Assembly (NCBI GenBank): GCA_965153285.1
Contig: OZ229113.1
DNA length: 64,000 nt
From: Podarcis tiliguerta
Taxonomy: Eukaryota
Reading direction: 5' to 3' (one strand)
Shown here: in pieces, positions 51,859 to 63,914 of the stretch
How the letters are laid out: each line of letters opens with the position of its first letter
Position numbering within the stretch: position 1 is the first letter of the stretch
The notes under the pieces: model-generated
What the model was told of the DNA's origin: nothing
The model's database searches: none
The model's input: only the letters and a program-made list of their open reading frames with translations
Translations under genes and position numbers: made by a program

Positions 51859-51999
51859 CAGGAAAGAGGAACCTGTCGTCCTCCAGATGTGGTTGGGATA
51901 CAACTCCGTCACTGTTGACCACTGGCCATGCTGCTGGTGGCAAAGGCGGATGGAGAAGTCCAAAAGTATGGGGGGGGGGGCACAGAATCCCCACCCTTG
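51859..51999. mobile_element. Decayed hAT-type palindromic MITE
   Basis: CCTCCAGATGT...TACAACTCC...CCACTGG is related to 48973-49101. Confidence 0.6.
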
Positions 52000-52011
52000 A
52001 TATAAAGGGAC

Positions 52012-52140
52012 CAGGGCTTTTTTCAGCCAGAACATACCATAATTCAGTTCCTGGACCTCTCAGGTGAGTGCCATTGTCATTATAAGAGAACAAGGGAGGC
52101 ATTCATGGTGAGTTATGGCACTTCTTTTTCTTGAGTAAAA
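52012..52140. mobile_element. Short interspersed DNA-transposon-like repeat
   Basis: CAGGGCTTTTTTCAGCCAGAAC...AGTTCC...GAGTTATGGCACTTCTTTTT resembles a lacertid MITE I recall; TIRs are decayed. Confidence 0.45.
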
Positions 52141-52623
52141 ACAGTCAATATTTGTTCTGCATTTTCTAATGCTAATGTATAATGTCAATATGTCCATTTT
52201 GGTGATGAACCAACCTTGATTTAATCACTCGATTTGTACGTTTGTCATGCATGCTGCCTTGCTACCGCAATTGAGGGGGCCCGGGCCACACAATATTAGC
52301 ATACCCTGTGGCGTGTACACATGTCAGCATGCCCTGTAGCGCGCTTGCGCCATGAATAGGCACCCTCTGCAGCGTGCTGACATCTCTCACACACGCTGCA
52401 GGGAAAGCTGATGTGGCATGCGAACGTCCCACAGCTCACACATCTGACGTGAGCTCACCCAGCGGTGTGCATGCACAGCTGTTGCAGAACTGGGGGGGGG
52501 GGGGCTTCACTGTATTTTTTTTTTTGAGGGGGGAGGCAGCCCCTACCCTCCCCACTCAGCACACATGACATCTAAGTGTGCTGAGAAAACAGCTGATACT
52601 GAACATAAGTTCTTTGTCTAGGA

Positions 52624-52809
52624 CAGGGGTAGTCAACTTTATTATACCTACCGCCCACTAATGCATCTTTCTTGATGGTAAAATTTCCTTACCGCCCACC
52701 GGCGCTCAATGGAAGGAGGATTCAGCTTGTGCCATAGAACCCCCTACCACCCACCTAGAATCTTGAAACACCCACTAGTGGGTGGTACGGACCAGGTTGA
52801 CAACCCCTG
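52624..52809. mobile_element. hAT-superfamily MITE
   Basis: TIR CAGGGGTAGTCAAC / GTTGACAACCCCTG; 8-bp TSD gtctagga / gcctagga; internal TACCGCCCAC sub-repeats. Confidence 0.9.
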
Positions 52810-53436
52810 GCCTAGGACCTGATTTTAGATGCTAGGTTACATTTTTGTGTGTTTTTATTTATACCTTCTTGCAAGACGACAGTACATATTTAAGCACTTA
52901 CCAGAAATAGTTGGAAATCGGGTTGTTGTTTTCCCCCCAAATTGGATGCAACTGATTGTTGTGCTTGACACATACGCTTTTATTTGCAATTTATTGAACA
53001 ACAACCAAAGAGATGGCGGCCTGAACCATTGTGGCCCATTGTACACAATGTCTTTGGACCTCTCCAGATTGTGGTGTAAAAAGTTACAGGACTTTCAGAG
53101 TAATGCACAGATTGGAAGTGAAGCGGTGTGGCCGTGCTGAAATGTTTGTAGGCAGAAACAGTATTGGACGTGGGATCACACATGCCTGCCCCAGTAGCAT
53201 CCAGAGCACAAATCATTATGTGTGACAAACAGGATATCATGCATAAAACACTCCATTCAATAGCACATGCAGCACACACTGCAAGGACAATAACCTGCCT
53301 AAATAGGATCACGATTCTTTACATGACTACTCAGAATTCAAGTGGTAAAGTACTGGATTACAGCCTCCACCACTGCTTTTGTAGGGAACCAGAAAGACCA
53401 CTTCACAAACCTGGGGCATCTGTTTGTAACTGAGGA

Positions 53437-54098
53437 TTCTTTGGCGATCACTCATAGTCGAGTAAGATTGTCTGCCATAAACACAGTTTTAACAATGAGT
53501 CCGTAAGTGACTGTGGAGGCCAATTATGGATCCACACGTACTTCCACAGTGGGAACATTGGTTTCTGGGTGGGAGTTGATCACAGTGTGGATTTGCCAAG
53601 TGTGCCTTCCTCTTAGCACATTTCTCCCTTGCGTCCTGAGTTCGAGTGTCTTCAAAGCCCATGACACCTTTGGTAAAGGCTGTTCTCCAACTGGAGTGCT
53701 TGCAGGCCGGTGTTTCCCAGTTGTCAGTCTTTATACTACATTTTTTTAGATTTGCCTTGAGACAGTCTTTAAACCTATTTTGTTGACCACCAGCATTACT
53801 TACATTTACCATTCTTAAATTGGAATAGAGTAGTTGCTTTGGAAGAGGATCATCAGGCATCCACACAACATGACCAGTCCAACAAAGTTGATGTTGAAGA
53901 ATCATTGCTTCAACACTGGTGATCTTTCTTCTTCTAGTACACTGATATTAGTTTGCCTGTCTTCCCAAGTGATGTGTAAAATTTTTCGGAGACACCGTTG
54001 ACGGAATCTTTCGAGAAGTTGGAGATGGCGTTTATAAGTGGTCCATGTTTCACAAGCATATAGTAAGGTTGGCAGTACAATAGCTTTGTAAATAAGCA
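53437..54098 (-). mobile_element. RTE-clade LINE (non-BovB) 3' fragment
   Basis: The - strand gives IYKAIVLPTLLYACETWT...CLRKILHITWED...QLCWTGHVVWMPD..LPKQLLY...RFKDCLK and a terminal C2H2-like CSHCG...LHSHLRTH. Confidence 0.92.
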
Positions 54099-55793
54099 GC
54101 TGTGGCTACAGAATCAGATGATCAAGGCTACGCGCAGCTTCCTGCCTTGGAGCTGAGGAGTCTCATGTTGTGAATCAATATGGAGCCAGCCAATACAATT
54201 CTGCCACTTACCTGCCCTAAACTGTGTGAAAGCATATATATGCACATATATGAATGAATCTTGTTCAGCAGCGGGGATTATTAGATCTGGATAAATCTTT
54301 AAGCTGTTCATGCACAGCTCAAACTTATTTTTCTTTCCCTCCTTTTCTTCTAGGCCTCTGAAAAACTGGAGACTGGGCCGTTTTAGCTGTCTGGTTCTAA
54401 TTGTGAATCTTCATGCCTGCACTGGGGTGGTAAGAAATGTCAGTTACTAGCATGTTCAAGACAGAAAGGCCAAGACTGAGCATTGTGAGGACATCTATTA
54501 GAAAAGTTCATTCATCAATATATGATCACTGCTACTCAGTTAAAACGTGTTAATAGTCTGTAAAACCATTAAATATTAGGTCTGGGAATAGGTAAGTGGA
54601 TTCAGGTTGGAATCTAGGGCAGGGAAAGGCTTCAGGCCAAATGAAACAATTTTATCAGGACCCCTGGCAACCCGGCTGCAATTACATCAAGGGGCTGCAA
54701 AATGTGTGCCCACATTTTCACTCATCAAGTGGGGGGCTATTTCCCAATGTCATAAGGAGAGAAACTCCACACTTAAGTTGGGTGCAGACTTCCCATGTGT
54801 GGGTCTCCCACTGTCAGAAAGTCAGAAAGTGATTCCTCCTTCCTTTTGCAGTGCTTTGCCCTTTGAAAATCTGCTCTGGAGTTTTGGGGGACCCTCTAAA
54901 ACAGCCATGGGGAGCTGCAAGGCAAATGGCCTCTCCCCCTTCCACTGGCAGGAGCTTCTTCAAGATCAGGGTCTCTTCTGTGAAAGGAAGGATTTGGTTT
55001 GATACAGTGACACCCAATTGTCCTCGACTTTATACTGATCTCCCATGAAGGGACTACTTTGTGTGCCAGTCTATAATTCTCATCTCCAGACCACAATCTA
55101 GAGCAGTCCCTGAAAATACAAACATCCGTTATTTCTGATCTGGGGGTTCAATTCTCCACACACGCTGTGTAGTCTGCCTCCTGCCCCTGCCAGTTTGAAT
55201 GTGATGTGCAGGACTGCACATGGACCTACATCAACATGGCCACTATAAATAAATATTTTACATGCCCCATTGAAAAACCCTATGGTGGATCCTTTGATGT
55301 GCTGTACATGCATACACAAGAGTTCATGTTCATGTTGCAAAGGGAGGTGCAAATGGCATGTTTTAGGAGTAGAAGAGGCAAGGTGATATGAATCACAAAA
55401 CCTCATATGTGAGCAGGTTCAGGAATTCGGTGTAATGACCAGATTGTTACTCCAGCCAAGCCTGGGTATAGATCTGTATTAGGTAAGCTTGGTTCACACC
55501 CTCAAATCATTTGTCAGAGACGGATGTCAGCTTAAAACACCTTGCTTCTCAATGGAGACAGTTCACGTCTGGGCAAGACTAATCAATCTGTGGGTAAAAT
55601 GAAGGGCTGAAAGATCTAGTGATATGTAAGTCTATTGTGCCCCATCCACCATTAAAATACACTGAAGATACACAGATGATACAATCCCCTATGTGACAAT
55701 TGTGTGGAGGACCTCCAGTGTGGGACTTCCATGTGTGAAATAGCCACCACAGATTTCATATTACCTAAAACACAATGCTAATCAATGGAACCA

Positions 55794-56110
55794 GTTCACA
55801 CATTCAGTTTAAAGCTTCTGCCAATTCCAAAATGTATATTTATCGAGGGATGGTGTGCACATGTAAATGAGTTCTCGGAGATCAGGGCCAGCAAATGAGG
55901 CAATTGCCCAAGGTGGTGAGCATGAGCTGCGCAGATTTGTGCTCCCCCAGCCCATTTTAGCTGTCTGGCTAGCCGATATAACCATATGGTTATATGGCCA
56001 TACTTAGAGGGCCATTACCTCACCAGGAAGATAGCCTGGCTATTCCAGGAAGTGAATCCACACTGGATCGAGCCTACCCACCCCCCAAACTCAGATATGA
56101 ATGTGTGAAC
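55794..56110. mobile_element. Old MITE-like element
   Basis: Perfect 13-bp inverted ends GTTCACACATTCA / TGAATGTGTGAAC and an internal 20-bp palindrome. Confidence 0.45.
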
Positions 56111-57342
56111 CAGTCCCCAAGGTGTGGTAATCAGCTGTAGAGAAGTCGCATGTTCTACAGTCATGTGGATGTGACCCAGAAGATGAGGAATTAATTGTTA
56201 CACATGCAAGAGTGAATGAGCCCTATACCCAATGCATCACTGCATGTTTAGCTCCAGTTTCTACTTTTAAGAGAGAGGTCAGAGTAATACAAGGTGAGAA
56301 ATGATGAGTTGATCATAAGGTATTCTGAAGTGCTTTATTTATTTATTATAAGTCCTACTGTTCTTCACCCAAAGGTCACAGGGTAGTTTACAGTATAATA
56401 AACAACATATATTCATAATGTAATAACCATACAATGGAAACATTAAAGAACAGTTATAGCAATAGAATTCATAATAAGCTACAGTGTCAAATTATTCATA
56501 AGTTATTTCAGTCACTGATACACTCATCTGAGAGCCTGCTGGAAGAGGTGCAGATTCATCTGTTTCCTTAACAAAAAACAATACGATCACAATGTTTTAT
56601 GCTCAAAATTCCATGATTAAAGCATAATATGACTCATTTTCATGTATTATGTATTTATACCATTTGAGCCTGTGTGATAAGATGTAAGCAGTTCCCTTTA
56701 GCTCTGTTTGACATGTGCTCGGACCGACTAATTAGAGAAAGGAACTTGTTCCATTTTCTGAAGTCCATCAAATATTGTCACATCAAATATTATATGGGGG
56801 TGGAGGATGCTGTGGTGAGAATGACAAGAAACGGAGATATGCAAGACTAGCTAGTATTTCCTACAACTTAGAAGTGGAAGAACAGATTATGGCATGATTA
56901 AGCTTTTCAAACTGTGGTATACCAAGAAAAGGCATTAATACAAAGCATCTCTTTGTCCAGACCAGGCCTAAAGAGGGTTCAGTCAAGATTCTTGGAATGT
57001 TGTCGCTGATTCATTGGTAGGGCTTGCTCTGTGCTTGAACAAGCATCCTTTGGAAATTATACAATCTGCTTCCCCTCAGACATTTTAGAGATAAGGCAGC
57101 CTTAGACTCATGTGTCCTTTCAAGGGTAATAATCAGAGGTATATTTGAACCACAAGCTGTCCAGATGCTGGAGCCCTCCTCCTTGAGAGACAACAATCCT
57201 TGAGGGGCCCATGTCTTGATGTTTTCCCCCTATTCCAGTTCTCCCCACCAGGAACATTCCCTGCCCTTTCATCCCCTTACCTAATTTCCCCTTTGTGTCT
57301 ATTGACTTTTTCTGTCCAAAAAGAGCATGTCTACATGCTTTT

Positions 57343-57492
57343 CATAAGAACATAGGAAGATCCTGCTGGATCAGGCCAGTGACCCATCTAGGCCAGCATC
57401 CTGCTCTCACAGTGGCCAACTGGATGCCTGTGGTAAATGAGTTCAAGAGCAACTCTCCCCTGCAGCCGTTTCCAGCAACTGGTTTTCAGAAG
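57343..57492 (-). mobile_element. CR1 3' UTR fragment
   Basis: CATAAGAACATAGGAAGATCCTGCTGGATCAGGCC...CCCATCTAG...CACAGTGGCCAAC is a typical reptile CR1 3' end. Confidence 0.8.
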
Positions 57493-57499
57493 TCTTAGT

Positions 57500-57731
57500 T
57501 CACGGCACGTGTTCCACGTTCCACCTCAGTTTGTTCCTGCCGTATTGTCATCTCCTTCTTTCCCAGCAGCCTCACTATCAGAATAACCCCGTCACCTCTC
57601 CATGACTAGAAGAACTGTCTTCTGAGAACTGACCACAACCTGCTTCTCCGACCAGCGTTTCCCTCCCCCCTCTCTGGGTTTGACACTTCAGCCAGAGGGA
57701 AACCATAGGACTCCTCCACTCAGGCATGACA
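57500..57731 (-). mobile_element. Possible LTR fragment
   Basis: The - strand starts TGTCATG and is purine-rich; the other terminus was not found. Confidence 0.3.
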
Positions 57732-59291
57732 GTCCTATTGATCCAGGACAAACGTATTCCCAGTCCCCCATATTGGACTAGTATTAATTTTCCTTCTAGA
57801 AAATTAATAAAGCCAGCACAAAGCATCTAACCCCTTGGGTGCTACAAGGAATGGTTTAGCAATTTATCGTGTTAGGGCCATGCAAAGAGCTTAGTCCCAA
57901 GCCTGGCTTTTCTGGGAGGTTAACAAAAATGCGGCAAGCATGCAAACATTAACATGATCGATTGCGTTTCAAGCAAACACAGCCTTGCTTCTCTAACGTA
58001 TGCGGCCTCTATAAAGAGCAAGGACATGTTTTACAGTTCCCTACTTGGGAACGTGTTGAATTTAAGTCCAGCAGCAGTTAGTTTAATCCAATTTGATTAT
58101 TATTTCTCTCCTCAAACCTCCGTGAGGCTAACCTTGTGTACCTGGAAGAAGCTCATTTGTGAGCATAGGGTAATCAGTTCTGACTACAAGTTAAAGTTAT
58201 CCTTAAGCAAACAGAAAACTATTCAGCATAGCAATAAAGTTAAATAATTATTACCGAGCTATGTGATGTGACTACAATGTGACTTTGAAATGACTGGGAT
58301 GTGATTAGAATCAGAATGTGATGCATCTTTGATGATACCAGAAAAGAAGGATGCCAGAGCTCTCTGATATTACTAGTAGCAGGAAAAACGACATTATTAA
58401 CGCCTAGAAAGACACCATTTCCAAAAGACAGGGCAGGCTTGAAAATGGTTGTTAACTTCAATCACTGATAAATACACTGGTTTGATATAAAGGAGGAGAT
58501 TAAGTCGGGGAAAGAGTATAGACCACAATAACCAATATGTGTGCTCCATGTCAGACTCTCATCCTCACTAACCGTTGTCCATCTGAAGGGCTACTCATGG
58601 GCGTCCCATAGACCATTTGGGTCAGTGTATATCCCTCACTGCCCTCACATTCCTGTGCTTCTTTTTTTAGAGGTTGATGTGTTGATCAGTCCTACCCTCT
58701 ACCTATTAATCTACAACTGGGTGATATCTGTTATTGGATTATGTCCGTTGGCATCAGAGTATCCTTCTGTTTACACAGACCTCTAGCAAGCAACGTTTCT
58801 TTTTTACAGTGAGAGCTCACATTGATCTACAGAAGCTGATGTAGTGAAAATATCACCTTTCAAATCTCTTAGGCTCCATAAAGAGGTGCCTTCAAAGAGT
58901 GGTTGGGTGCACCTGTTCCAGGTTTGTTTCCTTCCTGTTTTCACTCTTCAGCTGCCACACACAGAATTTCTGAACTCAGAGTATCCCTGAACACTCTTAT
59001 ACTTCTGGTAGGCGGTCCACTTTGTTTTTGCTTCCCCCTGCCCCCAGCACACTGCATGTTTAGTACTTCAATTTTAAAGCCCCACCACTGTTCATTGGAA
59101 TCTGCTCTGACAGGGACACGGCTGAGAAGCGGGGGGCTGTTTTGTGATGGTCACACAAGGGCTGGCCAATCAGTGCCATGCAAATAAATTCAGGAAACTA
59201 GAAGAACTGGTTCCTACGAGATTACTCCTTGGAATTAGGCCGTTGTCAGGCAGGTCGTGCACTTAACCAAAAGGGCTCACTGCTGAAATTA

Positions 59292-59552
59292 CCGTATTTT
59301 TTGCTCTATAAGACTCACTTTTTCCCCTCCTAAAAAGTAAGGGGAAATGTGTGTGCCTCTTATGGAGCGAATGCAGGCTGTGCAGCTATCCCAGAAGCCA
59401 GAACAGCAAGAGGGATCACTGCTTTCACTGCGCAGCGATCCCTCTTGCTGTTCTGGCTTCTGAGATTCAGAATATTTTTTTTTCTTGTTTTCCTCCTCCA
59501 AAAACTAGGTGCGTCTTGTGGTCTGGTGCGTCTTATAGAGCGAAAAATACGG
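59292..59552. mobile_element. Tc1/mariner (Tc2/pogo-like) MITE with internal hairpin
   Basis: TIR CCGTATTTTTTGCTCTATAAGAC / GTCTTATAGAGCGAAAAATACGG, with TA on both sides. Confidence 0.92.
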
Positions 59553-60311
59553 TATGTACATCTGCACAACTATGCAGCATGAGATTGCACTGTGGAAGCA
59601 GTATAATGTTAAATGAACATTTGCAGCTGTTGCACGCCTATTTAGTTTTCGGAGTCCATATGATGCCACCCACAAACAACGCCAGCCTTTATCCCTTTTG
59701 CCTGTAAATGTAGGATAGTCTGATAAATTGAGAAAACCAGGTTCCAAACTTTTCAACTCAAGGTTGCAGACAACTGCATATGAACCACATTAAAAATTTC
59801 TACATCAGATAATGTGCAGCAATCTAAAAGCATGTGCTGAGAATTTACAATTGTTTTCATTTCTTTCTTGGCCCTGCTCATAACTATTTCCAACACACTC
59901 TTGCATGGAGGAGCGTGTTTATATATATTCTTTTGATCCCTCAGATATGCACAAAACGAGAAAACAGCAAAAGTGTGTGTTGAAAATCTACACTGGCCTG
60001 TGTTTTTTTAAAAAAACCCAACAATATGCACAAACAGCTTTCTGCACACATGCCCTGTCGATTCTTAATTGGCATAACAGAAACAGTGAACACAAAAAGC
60101 AATGCCTGCTCTATGAATGAGAAAGATAGAAATCCCACCCTTTACAATGGGGAAAGTGATGACTTGCCTAGAGCTGTTCAGATGTCATTCTGAGTTAGGG
60201 AGCGGGATCGTGTCCACAAGCCCTGCCCCCATTTACGGTACATATAGCATAAAGTCTGAAAAAGATGGTGTGATTGGAGCATCTATCAATTCAGGGGCTC
60301 TAATCATGTGC

Positions 60312-60685
60312 GGGGATGCGGGTGGCACTGTGGGTAAAACCTCAGTGCCTAGGACTTGCCGATCGTATGGTCGGCGGTTTGAATCCCCGTGGCGGGGTGA
60401 GCTCCCGTCGTTCGGTCCCAGCTCCTGCCCACCTAGCAGTTCGAAAGCACCCTTAAAGTGCAAGTAGATAAACAGGGACCACTTTATAGCGGGAAGGTAA
60501 ACGGCATTTCCATGTGCTGCGCTGGTGCTGGCTCGCCAGCTGCAGCTTCGTCACGCTGGCCACGTGACCTGGAAGTGTCTTCGGACGGCGCCGGCTCACG
60601 GCCTCTAGAGCGAGATGAGCATGCAAGCCTAGAGTCGGACACGACTGGCCCATACGGGCAGGGGTACCTTTACCTTTACCTTTAC
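60312..60685 (+). mobile_element. Sauria SINE, full length, divergent subfamily
   Basis: GGGATGCGGGTGGCACTGTGG head, GGTTTGAATCCC B box, (ACCTTT)3 tail, TSD tcatgtgc (60304-60311, 60686-60693). Confidence 0.95.
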
Positions 60686-60826
60686 TCATGTGCAAAGAGC
60701 TTAAGTACATGCTACTAGTAAGAAAGCATATGTGAATGAGCCAATGACAGAAAGAGCTTAAAAATCACCTCAAACAAAACACATTCTACTGTCAATTCAC
60801 ATTTTCTCCATAGAGTTTTTAAAATA

Positions 60827-61065
60827 CAGTAGTACCTCGGGTTAAGTATTTAATTCGTTCCAGAGGTCCGTTCTTAACCTGAATCTGTTCTTAACCTGAA
60901 GCACCACTTTAGCTAATGGGGCCTCCTGCTGCTGTGCCGCTGCCGCCCAATTTCTGTTCTCATCCTGAAGCAAAGTTCTTAACCTGAGGTACTATTTTTG
61001 GGTCAGCGGAGTCTGTAACCTGAAGCATACGTAACCTGAAGTGTATGTAACCCGAGGTACCACTG
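60827..61065 (+). mobile_element. Tc1/mariner MITE, copy 4
   Basis: TA-CAGTAGTACCTC...GAGGTACCACTG-TA, collinear with 28161-28402. Confidence 0.93.
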
Positions 61066-61551
61066 TATGTAGATTTGTAAGCAGACCACAGTTTTTCACC
61101 TGGCTCCAGGTAACTACTGGGTTCAGGATGAAATATTTCCAAGGGTTAGCTGTAAAGGTTAACAATTTCTTGACCCTTATCAACGAACTTTTCTTCCTTG
61201 TTTATTAGATTTCATTGTATTTTCTACTTGACTTTGATACATAATTAAGCTGGATAGGAACTTATTTTTATAACCTTGGTTTATAGGGGTTATAAAAACT
61301 TTTGAAACAATGCTTCCTTGTGTCCCTTCCTTTTCAGTGGTCTGGCTGATTCACTTTCCTTACTTACAATCATAAAAGATGGAGACATTTTATGGGGGAC
61401 AACAAACTGATTCAGTAAGAATTTGAGTTTGGTTCCATGTTTCACCCATCCAAGAATGCTTGAGAATTATGGCCTAGAAAAAACTGCAATGAGTCCAATA
61501 ACATTTACTTGAATGAACAAAATTCAAGTTAAGTGGCCCTTTAGTTGAATG

Positions 61552-61711
61552 AAGGTCTGTAGCTGAGTAGGTCACATGTTTTGCAGACACAAGGCTCCAG
61601 GTGCAATGCTTGATATCTCTTGGCTAGACTAGGAAAGACTTTGGAGAACTTCTGCCACTGTGAGATAGACCATTGGTCTGACTTGGTGCAAGGCAGCTTC
61701 CGATGTCCTAA
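61552..61711 (+). mobile_element. Decayed tRNA-derived SINE (same family as 50396-50563)
   Basis: GTAGCTGAGT...AAGGCTCCAGGTGCAAT head and ACCATTGGTCTGAC...AAGGCAGCTTCCGATGTCCTA tail. Confidence 0.55.
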
Positions 61712-63526
61712 TGATCACCCTCCAAGTGGAATGATGTTCTGTAAGTGTCCACTATATATTTGGTATTCTTTAACATCTCCACTGGCAAAAGGGTAGGACA
61801 TAGTAAGAATTTTTCACACAATGCCTAGCAAAGAGCTCCTTAACACTGCAAAATATAAACTAAAAAGCCAAACTAGTATCAGTAATAATAAGAATTGGGC
61901 TAATAAGAACAGGCTCAAATGCCATTCACACGTGCTCTAATCTATAAAGTTTCACATAAGTATGCCTTTGTAAATATGAGACCACAGGGATAAATGGTTA
62001 GGCCTTGTGCAACAATGGTGGTATAAAATCCTTGCAATTCACATACAAACCATTGCTGCAAATCACTGTAAGGAAATCTCTGTCACAAACAGTGCCATCT
62101 CCCATTTCCTTACAACCAGATGCACACTATTATCTGCAAGTTGCTTCATTGCACATTATGTTCCCTATACGAAGGCACAGACTTTCTTAACTTTCTGAAC
62201 TCAGAATCCCCTTCTGAAGCACTTCTGAGAGCAAAACACTTGGCCCACAGGTAATATGTGCAGAGATCCTAGTTCATAGCCATGTGCACACTGCTACTGT
62301 CGCATCCAGAAGATATTTGGATTTAGGGCACAAATCCAACACAAGGAATAGGAGACTGACCCTCCTTCCCTGTCCTCTAACCTGCCTTGTTTTTCTTGCA
62401 GTCGGTAAGACTGGAAGCCTATGTTGCATTTAATGTCTGCACAATGTTAAGACCTGAAATTATAATGACAGCAACAATCACACAAACTATAATAATTGGG
62501 GCCTCTTCTAAGCCTCCCCACTGAGCACCACAATAAGAACAAAGCAGCAGTAATATCTGTGCTCCCATCTCTCCTGGACCAGAACAGGGTGAGAAAACAG
62601 TGTGGAAGGCACTTGACCCCAGGACGGCAGTGAGAGACATTTGCAGTAGTGGATGGTGCTCACTCAGACTGAGAGGCAGGGCGATCAGCAGTAGGTAAGA
62701 GACCACTGACAGATAGAGCCACTTCCTGACTGGTTGTAGAGAGGCAGACAGGCTCTGTAGCCTATTGGCTCCACTTTTAATTTGTCTGGGGAGCATCACC
62801 TGCCTTGGGAATGGGATACTGTCCTTCCCTAGAATTTCATGTCCTCCTATCGGTGTGCTGCACACTCTCACCCCAGCATGAGAGCCACTGCTTTAACTCA
62901 TACAATGTGAAACCAGCCACACACCACACAGATATTATCATCAAGAAAATGGTAAGGGGAGATGCCTTTTCGTTGCTAAGAGTCAACGGAGGCAACAATA
63001 GATTCTACTTCTCCTATAATTTATTTAAAAATAAAAATTAAGACTAGGCAAGCATCTCCCATACTACTTTCCAACATTTTAATTACCCAGAAGAAGTTCT
63101 TGCCATGCTCCACTTTCCCATCGAAGTGTTATTAATAAAACAGACTTGTGGCAGCCTGAATGCAGCCTGTACTCTATGTCTGGGCATTGTTATCCCCTCC
63201 GATATTCTAACCTTCTTTGCTTCTTTCACTGAGTACATGGTGGGGAGAATGGGATCATGGCTGCAAGCCTGCCCCTGATCTCTGCACATCCATTTGAAGG
63301 GACAAACTGAATTTCACATGCATACAAGAGTCTGCACGTAGGCGCCATACGTATTAGCAGAACCCCAGATCCCACAGGATTCCCAGCTGCATGGAAGAGT
63401 CTTTTGTATCACTTGTCTTTGTCACACTGGGATCCAGCCTCATGGTAGCTTACATAACAGTTTCCCCTCTCATCAGTCCTGGGAGGTAGGTTTGGCTAAG
63501 AATATCTGGCCCAAGACCACCTAGTG

Positions 63527-63662
63527 CAGGCATAGGCAAACTGTGGCCCTCCAGATGTTTGGGACTACAATCTCCATCATCCCGAGCTAACAGGACCAGT
63601 GGTCAGGGATGATGGGAATTGTAGTCCCAAACATCTGGAGGGCTGGAGTTTGCCTATGCCTG
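63527..63662. mobile_element. hAT-type palindromic MITE, full length
   Basis: TIR CAGGCATAGGCAAACT / AGTTTGCCTATGCCTG; TSD acctagtg / acacagtg (6 of 8); same family as 48973-49101. Confidence 0.9.
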
Positions 63663-63872
63663 ACACAGTGTTCTCTGTGGATATTTGGGGTTTGTGTGTG
63701 TGAAATTTCCAACGTGTCTCATCTCCTTAGTCTAAACTGAACTTTCCATTTGCTACACACACCAGATCTTGATGAATAATATATGGTAAATGAATTTCAA
63801 CTTATTTACTCCTAGCATATTCATTGAGCTTGTTTTTACCACCACGAGTTCTTACTTACACTGGCATTCCAA

Positions 63873-63914
63873 ATTAATCTTATTGCTTCATATATTAATC
63901 TTATTGCTTCATAT
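63873..63914. repeat. Perfect 21-bp tandem duplication
   Basis: ATTAATCTTATTGCTTCATAT twice. Confidence 0.9.

Noticed and set aside
58795-58927. Exon candidate 58810-58921
   Set aside because: Stop codons in all three frames and a weak GTTTGT donor.
63458-63480. Hammerhead-like CTGATGA...GAAAC on the - strand
   Set aside because: No stem II and no closing stems I or III; it lies in a decayed SINE-like segment. Other CTGATGA hits (for example 43071, 46664) lack a downstream GAAA and stems.
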